NCBI GenBank assembly: GCA_965277085.1
Contig: OZ255708.1
Span: 1,889,257 to 1,953,256, forward strand
Direction: 5' to 3'
Length of the DNA: 64,000 bases
Origin: Acidobacteriaceae bacterium
GTDB lineage: Bacteria > Acidobacteriota > Terriglobia > Terriglobales > Acidobacteriaceae
Below are positions 37,420-47,323 of the stretch, piece after piece (position 1 is the first letter of the stretch; every line of letters starts with the position of its first letter). The translations under genes and the position numbers were made by a program. The notes under the pieces are model-generated. The model did no database searches. It had not been told where the DNA came from and saw only the letters and a list, made by a program, of their open reading frames with translations.

Positions 37420-39603
37420 TTAACGAGGCGTAAGGGGCACCTCTTCTACCGCCAAAAAGAGATCGTTGAGTATACGGTTTCTACGTTTGTAGATATGCGT
37501 ATTTGCGTTGATGAACGCCTGATGCGGGTCAGAATCGTCCCTCTCCGCGACGTCTGAGTCGTCCGAAGCGTCACCGTTGGATGCTTGAAGCTGTTGTTCC
37601 TTGTCGCTGAGCTGTCTCAGGAGGGGTTCCGATCCTTCGACAATCTGTTGGGCCATCAGGCACAAGTAATCCGCAGCCTGCTGAGCGTTCTTCTTATCGA
37701 AAGCTTCTGATACATCGCCATCACGCTGCGATCGTGCCGAGAGTTCGGCTTGAGTTACCTCGAGCATCAACAGGTCCTGTGTGCTTGCGAGGCATTTGCG
37801 CAGCGCGGACTGTGCAGATTGTTTTGTTTTGGATTCATAGTCGGCGAGGTCGGCTTGATCCTCTGCTTGCGCGATGCCTTTATTGATAGCTTCACGGAGC
37901 TCTCTTACCTTCGTGCTCTTTGTATCGGGGTGCGAATCATCTATGGTTAGAAGAGCCAACTTGCTGGCCGTTCGCAAGAGCCCGGCGACAGCTTCTTTCT
38001 GAGTAGCGAGCGTGTCTAACGGCCAGAGGCGGGTGAAGACAAACCACATAACCACCGTTCCGAGCAGCACGCCGACGAGGCGGTCTCGAGGCTGTACGAT
38101 CTCGCTGGTGATGGCTGGCGTCAAGAGTGCAGCGAACGAATAGGAAATAGCGATTTGAGAACCGGCGTAGGAAACTCTCGGGCTGCCTTTGGAGACCCAG
38201 CCCGCGACGAAGAAGACCATAGCCACATACAGCATGAACTCGAATACATTGTCGAGGTGCGAAGTAATCAACACGATTCCGCCGATTCCAAATAGCAGAC
38301 CACCCACGAGAACGCCGGTGATACGCAACGCGAGCTTTCGGAGAGTTCCACCGATCGTTGTATCCGCGGCAAAAAAACATGTCACAAGCGCGGTACTGAT
38401 ACCCTGCCACGCCACTCCGTTGTAGATGACGTAGCAGATCATGCAGGCGAGCATGACTTTGACGGCGAAGCGGATATCGTCAGGCGTAACAAAGGGGTGA
38501 GGCTGCGGCGGCGGAGCTGGGGCGGGCTGGTTGGCGGTTGGATTCGCAGGAGCTGCGGAGGCGGCGTCACTCGACCACAGGCTCCAAAGGGTATCGAGCT
38601 GAAAGCCAATGTCAGCGATAAGCTGGCTTGAACCGTGGTGCCCAGCGAAGCTGAAAGCTTCCTCGTTCTCACGCGGCGTGGTGATATTTCGTTGAACATG
38701 ATCGGCCAAGGTTAGGCAACTTCGCGCTAGTTTGTCTGTGAAGTCCTTCTGCTCCTCAAGTGCATGGGTACTATCGCGGTTTGAAAGTTGCACCGCTTGA
38801 TCAGACAAGAAATCGATGCCGTTCAGCACTGCGCTGAGGCGAAGCATGTAGTCCTGGTCGATAGAAGGCTGTGTAGAGAGCGCGGGCAGTAGCTTGCGTA
38901 AGCTGCTGGTTCCGGCAAGGCTCAGCTTGGCCAGGGCTTGCAGCTTTTGCTGCTCCTCAGCACTCAACGCCGCGCCTCCGGACTTCTTGAGCACGGCGGC
39001 TGTGGCTTCCAGCCTGTCCACGATGCCGCTGGTAATCCGCTGCCGCGGTCCTGGGTGGGGGTACAGAAAGTCCACGGCCGTCGCGACCAGGCATCCGACA
39101 CTCATCATCAAGGCCATCCACAAGCCGGCAGTGATGGCGGACTCCGCGCTATTTACGGTGTCCATTCGGATAAGGACCTCCGAGATCGTAACGGGACCAA
39201 GGGCCGCGAGGGCGGGTTGATGCAACCCTCTCGACAAGATCATGCAAACGAAAATGCCAAAGGCTAGGGCCGACACGCGAATCCACGGAAGTTCCGCTGT
39301 CAGGAGCACAAGCACGATGGCGCCGGCGCACGCGACCCAGACGATGATGATGGTGCCTTTGGTGCCGGCCCAGGTTTGTTGGGGTGTTTCCCTGGGGAGC
39401 AGAAGCGGAGTAAATAAGGCAACAAAGAGCGTTTCACTATGGCAAGCTTCGCCAATGAGCAACATGATGGCAGCCGCGATGGCAGTACGCGCCGCGAACG
39501 AGAGGCGACCGGGCGTGGGCCCCAGCTCGCGGGTGACAAACCCCCACAGGGCCCCGTCGAGATCGAACGACGTTCTAACGAGCGGCTGACTGGCCGTTGC
39601 CAT
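37420..39603 (-). CDS. FUSC family inner-membrane efflux protein (AaeB/MdtO-like), module 1
   Basis: Two polytopic membrane halves are separated by a long cytoplasmic helical region, which is the typical fusaric-acid-resistance architecture. The start is chosen at ATG 39603 (MATASQPLV), overlapping the end of the HlyD gene. Confidence 0.85.
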   Translation of the reverse strand: MATASQPLVRTSFDLDGALWGFVTRELGPTPGRLSFAARTAIAAAIMLLIGEACHSETLFVALFTPLLLPRETPQQTWAGTKGTIIIVWVACAGAIVLVLLTAELPWIRVSALAFGIFVCMILSRGLHQPALAALGPVTISEVLIRMDTVNSAESAITAGLWMALMMSVGCLVATAVDFLYPHPGPRQRITSGIVDRLEATAAVLKKSGGAALSAEEQQKLQALAKLSLAGTSSLRKLLPALSTQPSIDQDYMLRLSAVLNGIDFLSDQAVQLSNRDSTHALEEQKDFTDKLARSCLTLADHVQRNITTPRENEEAFSFAGHHGSSQLIADIGFQLDTLWSLWSSDAASAAPANPTANQPAPAPPPQPHPFVTPDDIRFAVKVMLACMICYVIYNGVAWQGISTALVTCFFAADTTIGGTLRKLALRITGVLVGGLLFGIGGIVLITSHLDNVFEFMLYVAMVFFVAGWVSKGSPRVSYAGSQIAISYSFAALLTPAITSEIVQPRDRLVGVLLGTVVMWFVFTRLWPLDTLATQKEAVAGLLRTASKLALLTIDDSHPDTKSTKVRELREAINKGIAQAEDQADLADYESKTKQSAQSALRKCLASTQDLLMLEVTQAELSARSQRDGDVSEAFDKKNAQQAADYLCLMAQQIVEGSEPLLRQLSDKEQQLQASNGDASDDSDVAERDDSDPHQAFINANTHIYKRRNRILNDLFLAVEEVPLTPR

Positions 39604-40870
39604 GAGGTTTCTCGTAAACTGCTTTGTTGTAAACGCCAGGATCGGCGGGAATGGGGACAAGACCCTGCTGACTACGCACAATGGTCGTGGCGGAGGCGCC
39701 AAGACGAAAGAGCTCTGGAGCCGGGTTTAAGACGCGGACGCGCACAGGGAAACGCTGCGCCAGCCGTACCCAGTTCAGAGTCCGTGTCGTCATGGGTAGG
39801 CCGCCGGCCTGCGGTGGGGTGACATCCTCCGGCATTACGCCGAAGCCGACACTCTCCACTACTCCGCTGAAGCGAGTATCCGGATGGCTGAGCACGTAAA
39901 CGTCCACCGGCATACCCGGCGTGAGACGTCTCAGCTGCGTCTCCTTATAGTTGCTCAGGACCCACCAAGCTGTTGTATCAATCAAGGTGAACACCTGTTC
40001 GCCGGTTCTGGCGTACTGTCCCACCGCGATCGTAAGACTTGTAACGCGAGCCTCGAAAGGGGCGTAAACCCGGCAACGCTCGAGATCATAGGCCGCCGAT
40101 TTCACCTGGGCCTCTTTCCCCGGCAGCTGTGAAGCCATCGTTTGTAGGCGATCAATGTCGAATGGTGCTTGCTCCGCCCGTAGCTTCTGCTGTGCACCGC
40201 CTACGGCAGCCTGCCGAACCTCCGCCTGCGCTTGTAGGAATCGTGCCCGGTCCGCCTCCAGCATCGTCTGAGCTTGAGAGACGTTTTCCTCCGCAGCTCT
40301 GGCGTTCGTCCTCAGTTGATCGATCTGTTGCTCCGTAACGAAGTGGCGCGCCAACAGAGGTTCGGTCCTTGCGAGAGTATCTTCAGCAAGCTGGTATTGT
40401 GCCTCCGCGGTTTTCAGGGTGGCCTCCTGACTCTGAATCACCTTCTCTGTCGCCATCGAATTGGCCTGCTGCCCGTTTACTGACTCCGTGCTCGATTTCC
40501 GCCCCACGGTCGTGATCTCTGCGCCCAAGGTCTGCGAAACGATCTTCCTTCGTTCGTCGATGATTTGCTCCTCAAGATTTTTCCTGGCGGACATAGCTTG
40601 TTGTAACTGGTACTCGTAAGGCTGCGGATCGATCTCGTAAAGAAGATCTCCCTTGTGAACGAATTGATTGTCTTTGATGGGTAGCGAGATGATATGCCCG
40701 CTCACGTCAGGGGCGATTCCTACGTAGTTAGCGACAACGTTAGCGTCGTCTGTCCGGGGACTGATGTTGGTCTCCCACAACGAGATAGACCCAAGCACCG
40801 CCGCCGCGACCACGATGGCAACGGCAACGATCCATCCAGTAACTTTTTTCGTGTTTGACGTCTCAGCCAT
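39575..40870 (-). CDS. HlyD family secretion (membrane fusion) protein (AaeA/EmrA/MdtN-like), module 1
   Basis: Single N-terminal TM, a lipoyl-like motif (GHIISLPIKDNQFVHKGDLLYEIDP), a long coiled-coil hairpin, and a beta-barrel C-terminus. Confidence 0.9.
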   Translation of the reverse strand: MAETSNTKKVTGWIVAVAIVVAAAVLGSISLWETNISPRTDDANVVANYVGIAPDVSGHIISLPIKDNQFVHKGDLLYEIDPQPYEYQLQQAMSARKNLEEQIIDERRKIVSQTLGAEITTVGRKSSTESVNGQQANSMATEKVIQSQEATLKTAEAQYQLAEDTLARTEPLLARHFVTEQQIDQLRTNARAAEENVSQAQTMLEADRARFLQAQAEVRQAAVGGAQQKLRAEQAPFDIDRLQTMASQLPGKEAQVKSAAYDLERCRVYAPFEARVTSLTIAVGQYARTGEQVFTLIDTTAWWVLSNYKETQLRRLTPGMPVDVYVLSHPDTRFSGVVESVGFGVMPEDVTPPQAGGLPMTTRTLNWVRLAQRFPVRVRVLNPAPELFRLGASATTIVRSQQGLVPIPADPGVYNKAVYEKPHGNGQSAAR

Positions 40871-40897
40871 CGCGCCTCGATAAATGAAAAAATGTAA

Positions 40898-41155
40898 TCA
40901 GCTGTAAAAAATAATCCACGCCAAAAAGGTATAGGCCGCGGCCGCACAGGGGTAGACAAGCGTTTTAAGCGGAATCGCTGGCTCGAGCTTGATTCGGAGC
41001 AGAATGAAGTACGTCACCACGGCAAGGATGATGCCGATGAGGCTGCATACTATCCACGCTGGAAAGTAAGATCCCAGAACATCGACCGAAGGCGAACGTG
41101 AGCAGCCGCAGAGAAGCAAAGGAGTGACATGGACGAAGCGTCTTCTATTTTGCAT
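40898..41155 (-). CDS. YtcA/AaeX-like (DUF1656) small membrane lipoprotein, module 1
   Basis: 85 aa with a lipobox-like LLCGCS, then VDVLGSYFPAWIVCSLIGIILAV and a second TM. I recall the same layout for E. coli YtcA, encoded upstream of mdtNOP. Confidence 0.7.
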   Translation of the reverse strand: MQNRRRFVHVTPLLLCGCSRSPSVDVLGSYFPAWIVCSLIGIILAVVTYFILLRIKLEPAIPLKTLVYPCAAAAYTFLAWIIFYS

Positions 41156-42683
41156 TTCTGTTCGCCTTCAGGAACCGTGATCCCAGTAAGTCGCCCGTGG
41201 AATAGGCTAGCTGCGCGAGGTCGGTCAAGACTTCGGACGCGGCTTGCACCTGCTCGTTCCGTGATTGCGCGAGGGTCTGCTCGGCGTTCAAGAGGTCGAT
41301 ATAGGTCTCCAGGCCGAGCGCAAACGATTCCCGCGCGGCGTCATAGGATGTCTGCGAGGAAACCAAGAGGCTCCGGGAAATTTCCAAGCGGCGAAACGCT
41401 ACTTTCGCATTGATATAGCTTGACCACACTTGATTCGTGGCCACATCCTGGGCCGATTGAAGCTGCGCCTGGGCAATCCGCTTTTGTTCCTCGGCTTGAA
41501 CGATCTGATATCGACGGCGCCCGCCATCGAGGATCGTCCAATTGAACGACAGTTCACCTTGCCAATTTCCTTGATGAAGGAATGGTGCCGCACCTGCGCT
41601 CGTAGTAGTCCATAGCAGATCTTCCCCAGCCTGCGCGTGTACGGTCAGTGTAGGGAACAGAGCCGACCGCGCTGCCTTGATCGATTGATCGGCACCGCGG
41701 ATTCGTCCAACCGCTTCGAGCAAATCGGGCCGACGCTCCAGGGCTTTCCCGATCAGTTGCTCGGCCGACTCCTCCAGTTCGCTGCTCTGCGGCATGTTCG
41801 AGATGTCCTTTATCTTTACGGGGAGTGCTGGGTTCAGTCCTGCGCTCTTGGCCAAGTCGGATTCGGCGGTCTCCTCCATGCCGATTGCATTTTCCAGGTT
41901 GTACTCCGCTTGTTGCCGTTGTGTCTTGGCGTTCAGAAAGTTAGGAAGCGTGGCTAGGCCTTGCTCCATGCGCGCCTGTAGCTGCTCTTCGATCGCCTCG
42001 GCATCTTTTAAGGATGCTTGTGCCGACGTGACCAGGCCCTTGTTGCTGACGACACGGTAATAATTGCGAGTTACGTCCAATGCAATCTGCTCATGGGTTG
42101 CGGTCAGGGACTGACCCGTCACAAACAGGTTCGTAGTCGCACTGCTGATGCTGGCACGCGTGTTGCCAAAATCGAGAAGCATATAGTTCAGCGCCAATAC
42201 GGGGTTGACGGTCGTATCGTCTTCACGCAATGACGGTCCGCCGAGGACAGGGCCATCCGCATAGGGAAACACCAGAAATTCGCGCATCTCCGATGTAGGA
42301 GCGCTGACGGAAAGCGTGGGAAAGAGCGCGCTGCGAGCGACCTTGACAGCCGCGGCCTGCTGCTTTAGCTGCTCCCAGGCGACACGTCCGTTGGGATTCT
42401 GTTCCTCGGCTATATCGATCAGTTCGAATAAGGCATATATTTTTGACGTATCTGTAGGAGGGTATGTACGGGGCATACGCCGCAAGTCATTCACATAGGG
42501 GGCGGCGGCACGCTGGCTACTCTGAGACGAGTACCCGAGCTGAGCGGAGGGAGCCGAGGGAAGCTGTCCTGTTGCAACTTGCGCAGGCGCGCGAACCACG
42601 ACCGCCGCAGATAGAACAGTGGCTCCCATTACCAATCTTTGCCTCCATATTCCTCGGCCGTTGTATTGCGAGCCAAATCTCAT
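41145..42683 (-). CDS. TolC family outer-membrane efflux protein (OMF), module 1
   Basis: Two OEP repeats with coiled-coil segments (LFPTLSVSA..., LFPTLTVHAQ...). The start is uncertain: ATG 42683 or 42629 precedes the signal-like MGATVLSAAVVVRAPAQ. The ORF is open up to 42851. Confidence 0.85.
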   Translation of the reverse strand: MRFGSQYNGRGIWRQRLVMGATVLSAAVVVRAPAQVATGQLPSAPSAQLGYSSQSSQRAAAPYVNDLRRMPRTYPPTDTSKIYALFELIDIAEEQNPNGRVAWEQLKQQAAAVKVARSALFPTLSVSAPTSEMREFLVFPYADGPVLGGPSLREDDTTVNPVLALNYMLLDFGNTRASISSATTNLFVTGQSLTATHEQIALDVTRNYYRVVSNKGLVTSAQASLKDAEAIEEQLQARMEQGLATLPNFLNAKTQRQQAEYNLENAIGMEETAESDLAKSAGLNPALPVKIKDISNMPQSSELEESAEQLIGKALERRPDLLEAVGRIRGADQSIKAARSALFPTLTVHAQAGEDLLWTTTSAGAAPFLHQGNWQGELSFNWTILDGGRRRYQIVQAEEQKRIAQAQLQSAQDVATNQVWSSYINAKVAFRRLEISRSLLVSSQTSYDAARESFALGLETYIDLLNAEQTLAQSRNEQVQAASEVLTDLAQLAYSTGDLLGSRFLKANRNAK

Positions 42684-43054
42684 TCGAACCTTCCCGACAC
42701 GAACTACCGTGGTTCCTTGTTCATTAAAGAAATGCGCCGCTGTTTCATCGTGCTCGTTGGTGTCGCCACCGTGTCCTGCCTGGTACCCTTCGTAAAAAGC
42801 GACTTTTAATCCCATGAAGCGGTGTTTGTGCCAGCGATTACGCGGAGACAAGCGTCATGGTGTCGCACTGCATCTTCTTCTTTGGCGTGAAACCAACCTC
42901 CGAACCTTTGCTCCGCGTTTGACTTGCTCCGGAACAACGAGTCCGGCAAACTTTCCACTCGCACCCACCGCAAACGCGGTCGATGACCGACCGAGATCAT
43001 TGGAGGCCGCGGTAAGGACTGGGTTTGTCGGGAACCGCTCATCCTGCATCTCCT

Positions 43055-43072
43055 TGAAACGCTAGCGTTTCA
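43055..43072. promoter_or_regulatory. perfect 18-bp palindrome, candidate operator upstream of efflux module 1
   Basis: TGAAACGCTAGCGTTTCA is identical to its reverse complement. It lies about 370 bp upstream of the OMF start, inside an ~860-bp stretch with no convincing ORF. Confidence 0.4.
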
Positions 43073-43545
43073 GCTGAAGTGTCGATACAAATTGATTAAC
43101 GCGTCCTAGTCACGCGACCGTTAGAGAAGATGCTAGGTGTGTCTTGCACATTCGTAAATAGCGCGAAATGCAAACCCCGCTTGCTTCGCGCGTCAGCATC
43201 GAAATGCGCAAGTTGGCTATCCATGTTCCAAAGTGCTCGCCAGATATGGGAGCGGAGATTGATCGAGGGTGATGGCTGGCAGCCTACTTCGCGCGCTTGC
43301 TTACACGGCAAGCCTGCTTTGCCTTAGAAGCAGCGGTCCACTATCGCTAAGGTGCATCATTCTAGAGTGAAGACGTTGCAAGTGAAGCCACGCAAGCGAC
43401 AACCTGCCTAAGCAGATCGCTTACGAACTTTTGAACGAACGACCAGCAGCAGCAACAGATCTTGTGAAGACGTCATTCCATCGAGGAACGAGCCGGGGAC
43501 ACGCCTGAAGTTGAAGCTGTCAGACCAGTTCTTAAACCAGTTCAT

Positions 43546-43845
43546 ATGTGCTGTCTAAGGAAGCTATACCGAGGGTGTACATTGCTCGACAAACAAATTC
43601 AAATCGGACAAAGGTTTCGTTGGAAAAGCCTAAGCGATCAAAGTTCCTTTGGAACCGCAACGGTTACAGCAGTTCGTTCCGATGGTGAGCTAGGTATGTC
43701 CCCCGAAGTGGAGGATTACGCCTCTGCCTGGATTGAAGCGGAGGGTCAAAGCGGCTCCTTCGAACACAGGGCGTTTACTGTCCTTCTCGGCACAGATGGA
43801 AATAGCTACCTTGACGGCCAGCAAGTCGCCATCGAGATCACCTAA
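43546..43845 (+). CDS. hypothetical protein
   Basis: 99-aa ORF with no recognisable domain. Local GC is lower than the surroundings. Confidence 0.3.
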   Translation: MCCLRKLYRGCTLLDKQIQIGQRFRWKSLSDQSSFGTATVTAVRSDGELGMSPEVEDYASAWIEAEGQSGSFEHRAFTVLLGTDGNSYLDGQQVAIEIT

Positions 43846-44061
43846 ACAGGTTAATTCAACGGCGTGGATGCACGACGGCGCTCCCTTTAGCTGGTTGTCT
43901 AATCCACGGGTAGCTGGGAGGAAAGAATGGGCCTAATGATCGAAGCAGGTGTTGATGTCAGCTCCTACACACGTTTACCTTTGAGTGTCGGCGTCGGTGC
44001 GGAAAAGTTCATCAGGGAAGATGTAGCCCCGGATAGGCTTCTTGATGAAAGGCAGGCAGCC

Positions 44062-44472
44062 ATGCCCATGAGCGGAGGTGCCGCGCGAACCAAGGTCCTT
44101 GTAGTGGACGATGAACATATCATCGCGAACACTCTATCGATCATTCTCAACACGTCTGGCTTCGAAGCCCGTGCGGTATATAGTGGCGAGGCGGCGGTGC
44201 AGGCGTTCGGCAGCTTTCAGCCGGATGTGGTCATCAGCGACGTTGTCATGACTGGAATGAGCGGAATAGAGACTGCGATCGTGTTTCGAACGCAGCGGCC
44301 GAGTTGCAAAATCCTCCTCTTTTCGGGTCAGGCCGTCACGGCGGACTTGCTTCATGATGCCCGGGAACAAGGGCACCATTTTGAGATCATGGCTAAACCC
44401 GTTCATCCCTTCGACCTTCTCGCGAAGCTGCGGACCGACAGTGTCGCTGTGAACATCTCACTGGATTTTTAG
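44062..44472 (+). CDS. single-domain response regulator (receiver only)
   Basis: KVLVVDDEHIIANTL...PDVVISDVVMTGMSGIE...KILLFSGQ...MAKPVHPFDL carries all the receiver hallmarks (DD, D, T/S, K). The start is chosen at ATG 44062. The ORF is open from 43927. Confidence 0.8.
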   Translation: MPMSGGAARTKVLVVDDEHIIANTLSIILNTSGFEARAVYSGEAAVQAFGSFQPDVVISDVVMTGMSGIETAIVFRTQRPSCKILLFSGQAVTADLLHDAREQGHHFEIMAKPVHPFDLLAKLRTDSVAVNISLDF

Positions 44473-44494
44473 TCTTCCTAAGGATTGCAGCCTT

Positions 44495-45235
44495 ATGAAA
44501 TCTCAAGTACCGCGGAAAGAAGCAGCCGGACCTAACGTCAGCCTCTACGGAGGCTTCCCTAATGCCCGTAAGCGTGTGACGCGACGCAATTTTGTACTTG
44601 TTAGTATGGCTGGATTCGGCACCATGGCTTCTCCTCTTAAGCAATTTGCTCAAACGGAAAACGGGAAAAACAAGATGCCGGAAAGTAACAAGAGCGCCCT
44701 GATGCTCTGTGATTTTCAACTGGGGATCGGAGATCAGGCTTATGCCAAAGACGCTGTGCCGCACGCCGCGGCCGCACTTGAGGCTGCCCGAAAAGCTGGC
44801 ATGCTGGTTGTGTTCAGCAGAGTGTGTTTCCAGCCGGGTTACATGGACATTTCGCCTCGCAACCAAGCGTTTGCCATGTACAAGGCGAAAGATATGCTTC
44901 CGCCGAACGCAAGTCATCTCATTCCTATCTTCGAACCCCATCCCGCTGAAATCCTCGTCACCAAAGATCGCTTCAACGCCTTCAGTGGCAATGCTCTTAA
45001 AGTTATCTTGCGGTCCCAGGGGATAGCACACCTGGTGATGGCTGGAGTAGCTACAAGCGGTGTTATCCTATCAACCTTTTGTCTGGCGGCGGATGAGGAT
45101 TATGGCATGACCATTTTGTCGGACGCATGCGCCGACCCGAAGGCGAGCCTCCACGAGGAACTTATGACCAATCTCTTCCCACGTTCGGCAACTGTGCTGC
45201 CTGTTGGCGCGTGGATCAAAAGTCTGACTACCTAG
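44495..45235 (+). CDS. isochorismatase-family cysteine hydrolase with twin-arginine signal peptide
   Basis: Tat motif TRRNFVLVSMAGFG...ASP at the N-terminus. This is followed by the isochorismatase-like core (ALMLCDFQ..., VTKDRFNAFSG, LVMAGVATSGVILST). Confidence 0.8.
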   Translation: MKSQVPRKEAAGPNVSLYGGFPNARKRVTRRNFVLVSMAGFGTMASPLKQFAQTENGKNKMPESNKSALMLCDFQLGIGDQAYAKDAVPHAAAALEAARKAGMLVVFSRVCFQPGYMDISPRNQAFAMYKAKDMLPPNASHLIPIFEPHPAEILVTKDRFNAFSGNALKVILRSQGIAHLVMAGVATSGVILSTFCLAADEDYGMTILSDACADPKASLHEELMTNLFPRSATVLPVGAWIKSLTT

Positions 45236-45268
45236 CCACAGCTTGAGACGCGCTTCGTAAAGGCAGAG

Positions 45269-47296
45269 CTAGACGGCCAGGGCGTCCTTGAGTGCGTTTC
45301 GCACCTGATTCAAGAGAGCGTCATCCTCTGTAGGCTCATCAGAAGGCGGGGACTCTGGGGGTGTTGACAGAGCTTTGGTAAGGTCGCTTAGACAACGCAT
45401 CGTCTCGTCCGACGAACAGTTCTGCTCTTTCGCAACTTCCAAGCCGAGGATATCTCCTTCAACCACCGTGATGTCGCGCAGAAACACCTGGAAGAGCAAT
45501 TGCGTGATCTCCTGAATAATAGGCAACCTTCGTTTATGGCTTTTTTGCGTCATAGTTACCTCAAACGCTCGCAATTCCGTGTTCATTTGCAACAGCTGAA
45601 GAGCCTTGCCGAACGAAGAGCGTATCTTGATCAGATCGCTCAGCTTGTCCTCTGTGGTACAAGCGGTCTCACGCAAACGGCAAATCTTTTCGAGCGATCC
45701 CAAGGCGCCGACAATTGCCTCCCGCATCTGTGAGCTTGTGCGCACGGGCTTGATCTGGTCGTAAACAACCCACATAATGCAAACGCCGAGCATGACTGCG
45801 ACGACGCGATCGCGCGCCTCTGACAGAGAGGTTGGGGTGCTCGTTCCGGTCAAGGTTGCTAGAAAAAAGCAGTACGACAGTTGCCTTCCGGCATAAGCCA
45901 GTTTATAGCTGCCGAGGAATACATGTCCACCAACAAGCGTCATGATACCCACGGTCGCCGTGAGGCCGGCAATGCTTGACATGTGGGGCATAAGGAAGAC
46001 TATAGCGGCAATCGCGCAGATGCCGGCCAATGAGTCGCCGATTAACCGAAGCACCTGCTTCTGGCGCTCCATACCCAGGGAGTCTTCCGTGGTCACAATA
46101 CATGTGGTGACACTGGCGTCGATCTGCGACCAGTCCACACCTGTATACAGGCCATAGCAAATCGTCGCCGCCAGAGTTGTTTTGAAAGCACTAAGGAGAT
46201 TGTTTTTGTCTTTTAGAGCGCCCGGCTTAAGGAAGCCGGATTTCGCCTTCTTTTCACGACCCTCCGGCAGTATGCGATCACCGTGAAGAACAGCCGCCAG
46301 AGTCTGAGCGGTTTCGGTCAAAGCCGCTACAGGCTCGGACAGCTGTTCGCGGGGTGGATAAGAAAATACGGCCGGAGCGCACCCTTTCCGTATAACGTCT
46401 TGGAGATCGCGAAGCTGGGTCTCAGTGGTTTGAAGCGCAGACTCATCCGCGGCTGAGATGCTCTTGCCGCACCGCAAGGAAAACCATAACGCCTGATCCA
46501 CCAGAACGGTCAGGGTTTCAATGGCTCCGCTAAGCCTGGCATGTACGAGATGCACGAGATCGTTCCGTTTGCCCGCATCCTCTAGCAGTGCCTTGGCCGC
46601 TGTTGCGCCTTTTAGTGAGAGCTTCTGTAGCTGCTTTTGACCTTCCTTCGGCGAACGGTGATGTGTATGTGCGCTAAGCGTATGGCTGACTGCGTCGAGA
46701 GTAGTAGCCAAGCTGTCCTGCAAGCCTTGCAGCGGCCCTTTCACGCTGAGGAGATACTGCACGAACACGGCGCTCGAGGCTCCTATCATGATCGTCAGAA
46801 TGAGGCTGAGGCTGCTGGAAACGGTCGATGCCGCCGGGTGGCCTGCATCCCAGGAACGCAGGAAGCTTCCACCGAAGAGCGCAAGAACCAGCCAGGGTTG
46901 CGAGATTTGCGCGGCTTTGACCATGTACATGCCGATAAACAGAATAAGAGTTTCCGCGACAAACCGTACCGCCGGCGAACCACCAAGGACATTCATGACA
47001 AACATCATGAACAACAGGCCAGCCCCGCACGTTCCCACGAGCAACACCAGGGTCATGGCGTTTTTCTTTACGCTTCCTGCAACGAAGAAGAAGGGCATGT
47101 ACAACCCGAGGCCGATCTCGCTGAGACCGAACGCCATGTCGATCCAGAGCGCCAGTAGCACAGCCGCAACAAGGCGAAATAACGTCGCGTAGCGCTCCGG
47201 CGACGGCTTGAGCTCGTCGCGCAGAAAGGACCAGAACACATGCGGCCGCTTATGCGAAGCTGATTCAGCGTCAATTGGTGCCGTGCTGGTCGCCAT
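45269..47296 (-). CDS. FUSC family inner-membrane efflux protein, module 2
   Basis: 675 aa with the same two-half membrane architecture as 37420..39603. Confidence 0.9.
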   Translation of the reverse strand: MATSTAPIDAESASHKRPHVFWSFLRDELKPSPERYATLFRLVAAVLLALWIDMAFGLSEIGLGLYMPFFFVAGSVKKNAMTLVLLVGTCGAGLLFMMFVMNVLGGSPAVRFVAETLILFIGMYMVKAAQISQPWLVLALFGGSFLRSWDAGHPAASTVSSSLSLILTIMIGASSAVFVQYLLSVKGPLQGLQDSLATTLDAVSHTLSAHTHHRSPKEGQKQLQKLSLKGATAAKALLEDAGKRNDLVHLVHARLSGAIETLTVLVDQALWFSLRCGKSISAADESALQTTETQLRDLQDVIRKGCAPAVFSYPPREQLSEPVAALTETAQTLAAVLHGDRILPEGREKKAKSGFLKPGALKDKNNLLSAFKTTLAATICYGLYTGVDWSQIDASVTTCIVTTEDSLGMERQKQVLRLIGDSLAGICAIAAIVFLMPHMSSIAGLTATVGIMTLVGGHVFLGSYKLAYAGRQLSYCFFLATLTGTSTPTSLSEARDRVVAVMLGVCIMWVVYDQIKPVRTSSQMREAIVGALGSLEKICRLRETACTTEDKLSDLIKIRSSFGKALQLLQMNTELRAFEVTMTQKSHKRRLPIIQEITQLLFQVFLRDITVVEGDILGLEVAKEQNCSSDETMRCLSDLTKALSTPPESPPSDEPTEDDALLNQVRNALKDALAV

Positions 47297-47323
47297 AGGT
47301 ATCTCGCGAGAGAATCTTCGCTC

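Noticed and set aside
43096-43311. 71-aa minus-strand ORF and 65-aa plus-strand ORF in the long intergenic region
   Set aside because: They have no start context, no domain and mutually overlapping frames. They are treated as non-coding, possibly a decayed gene (see the finding on 42684-43545).
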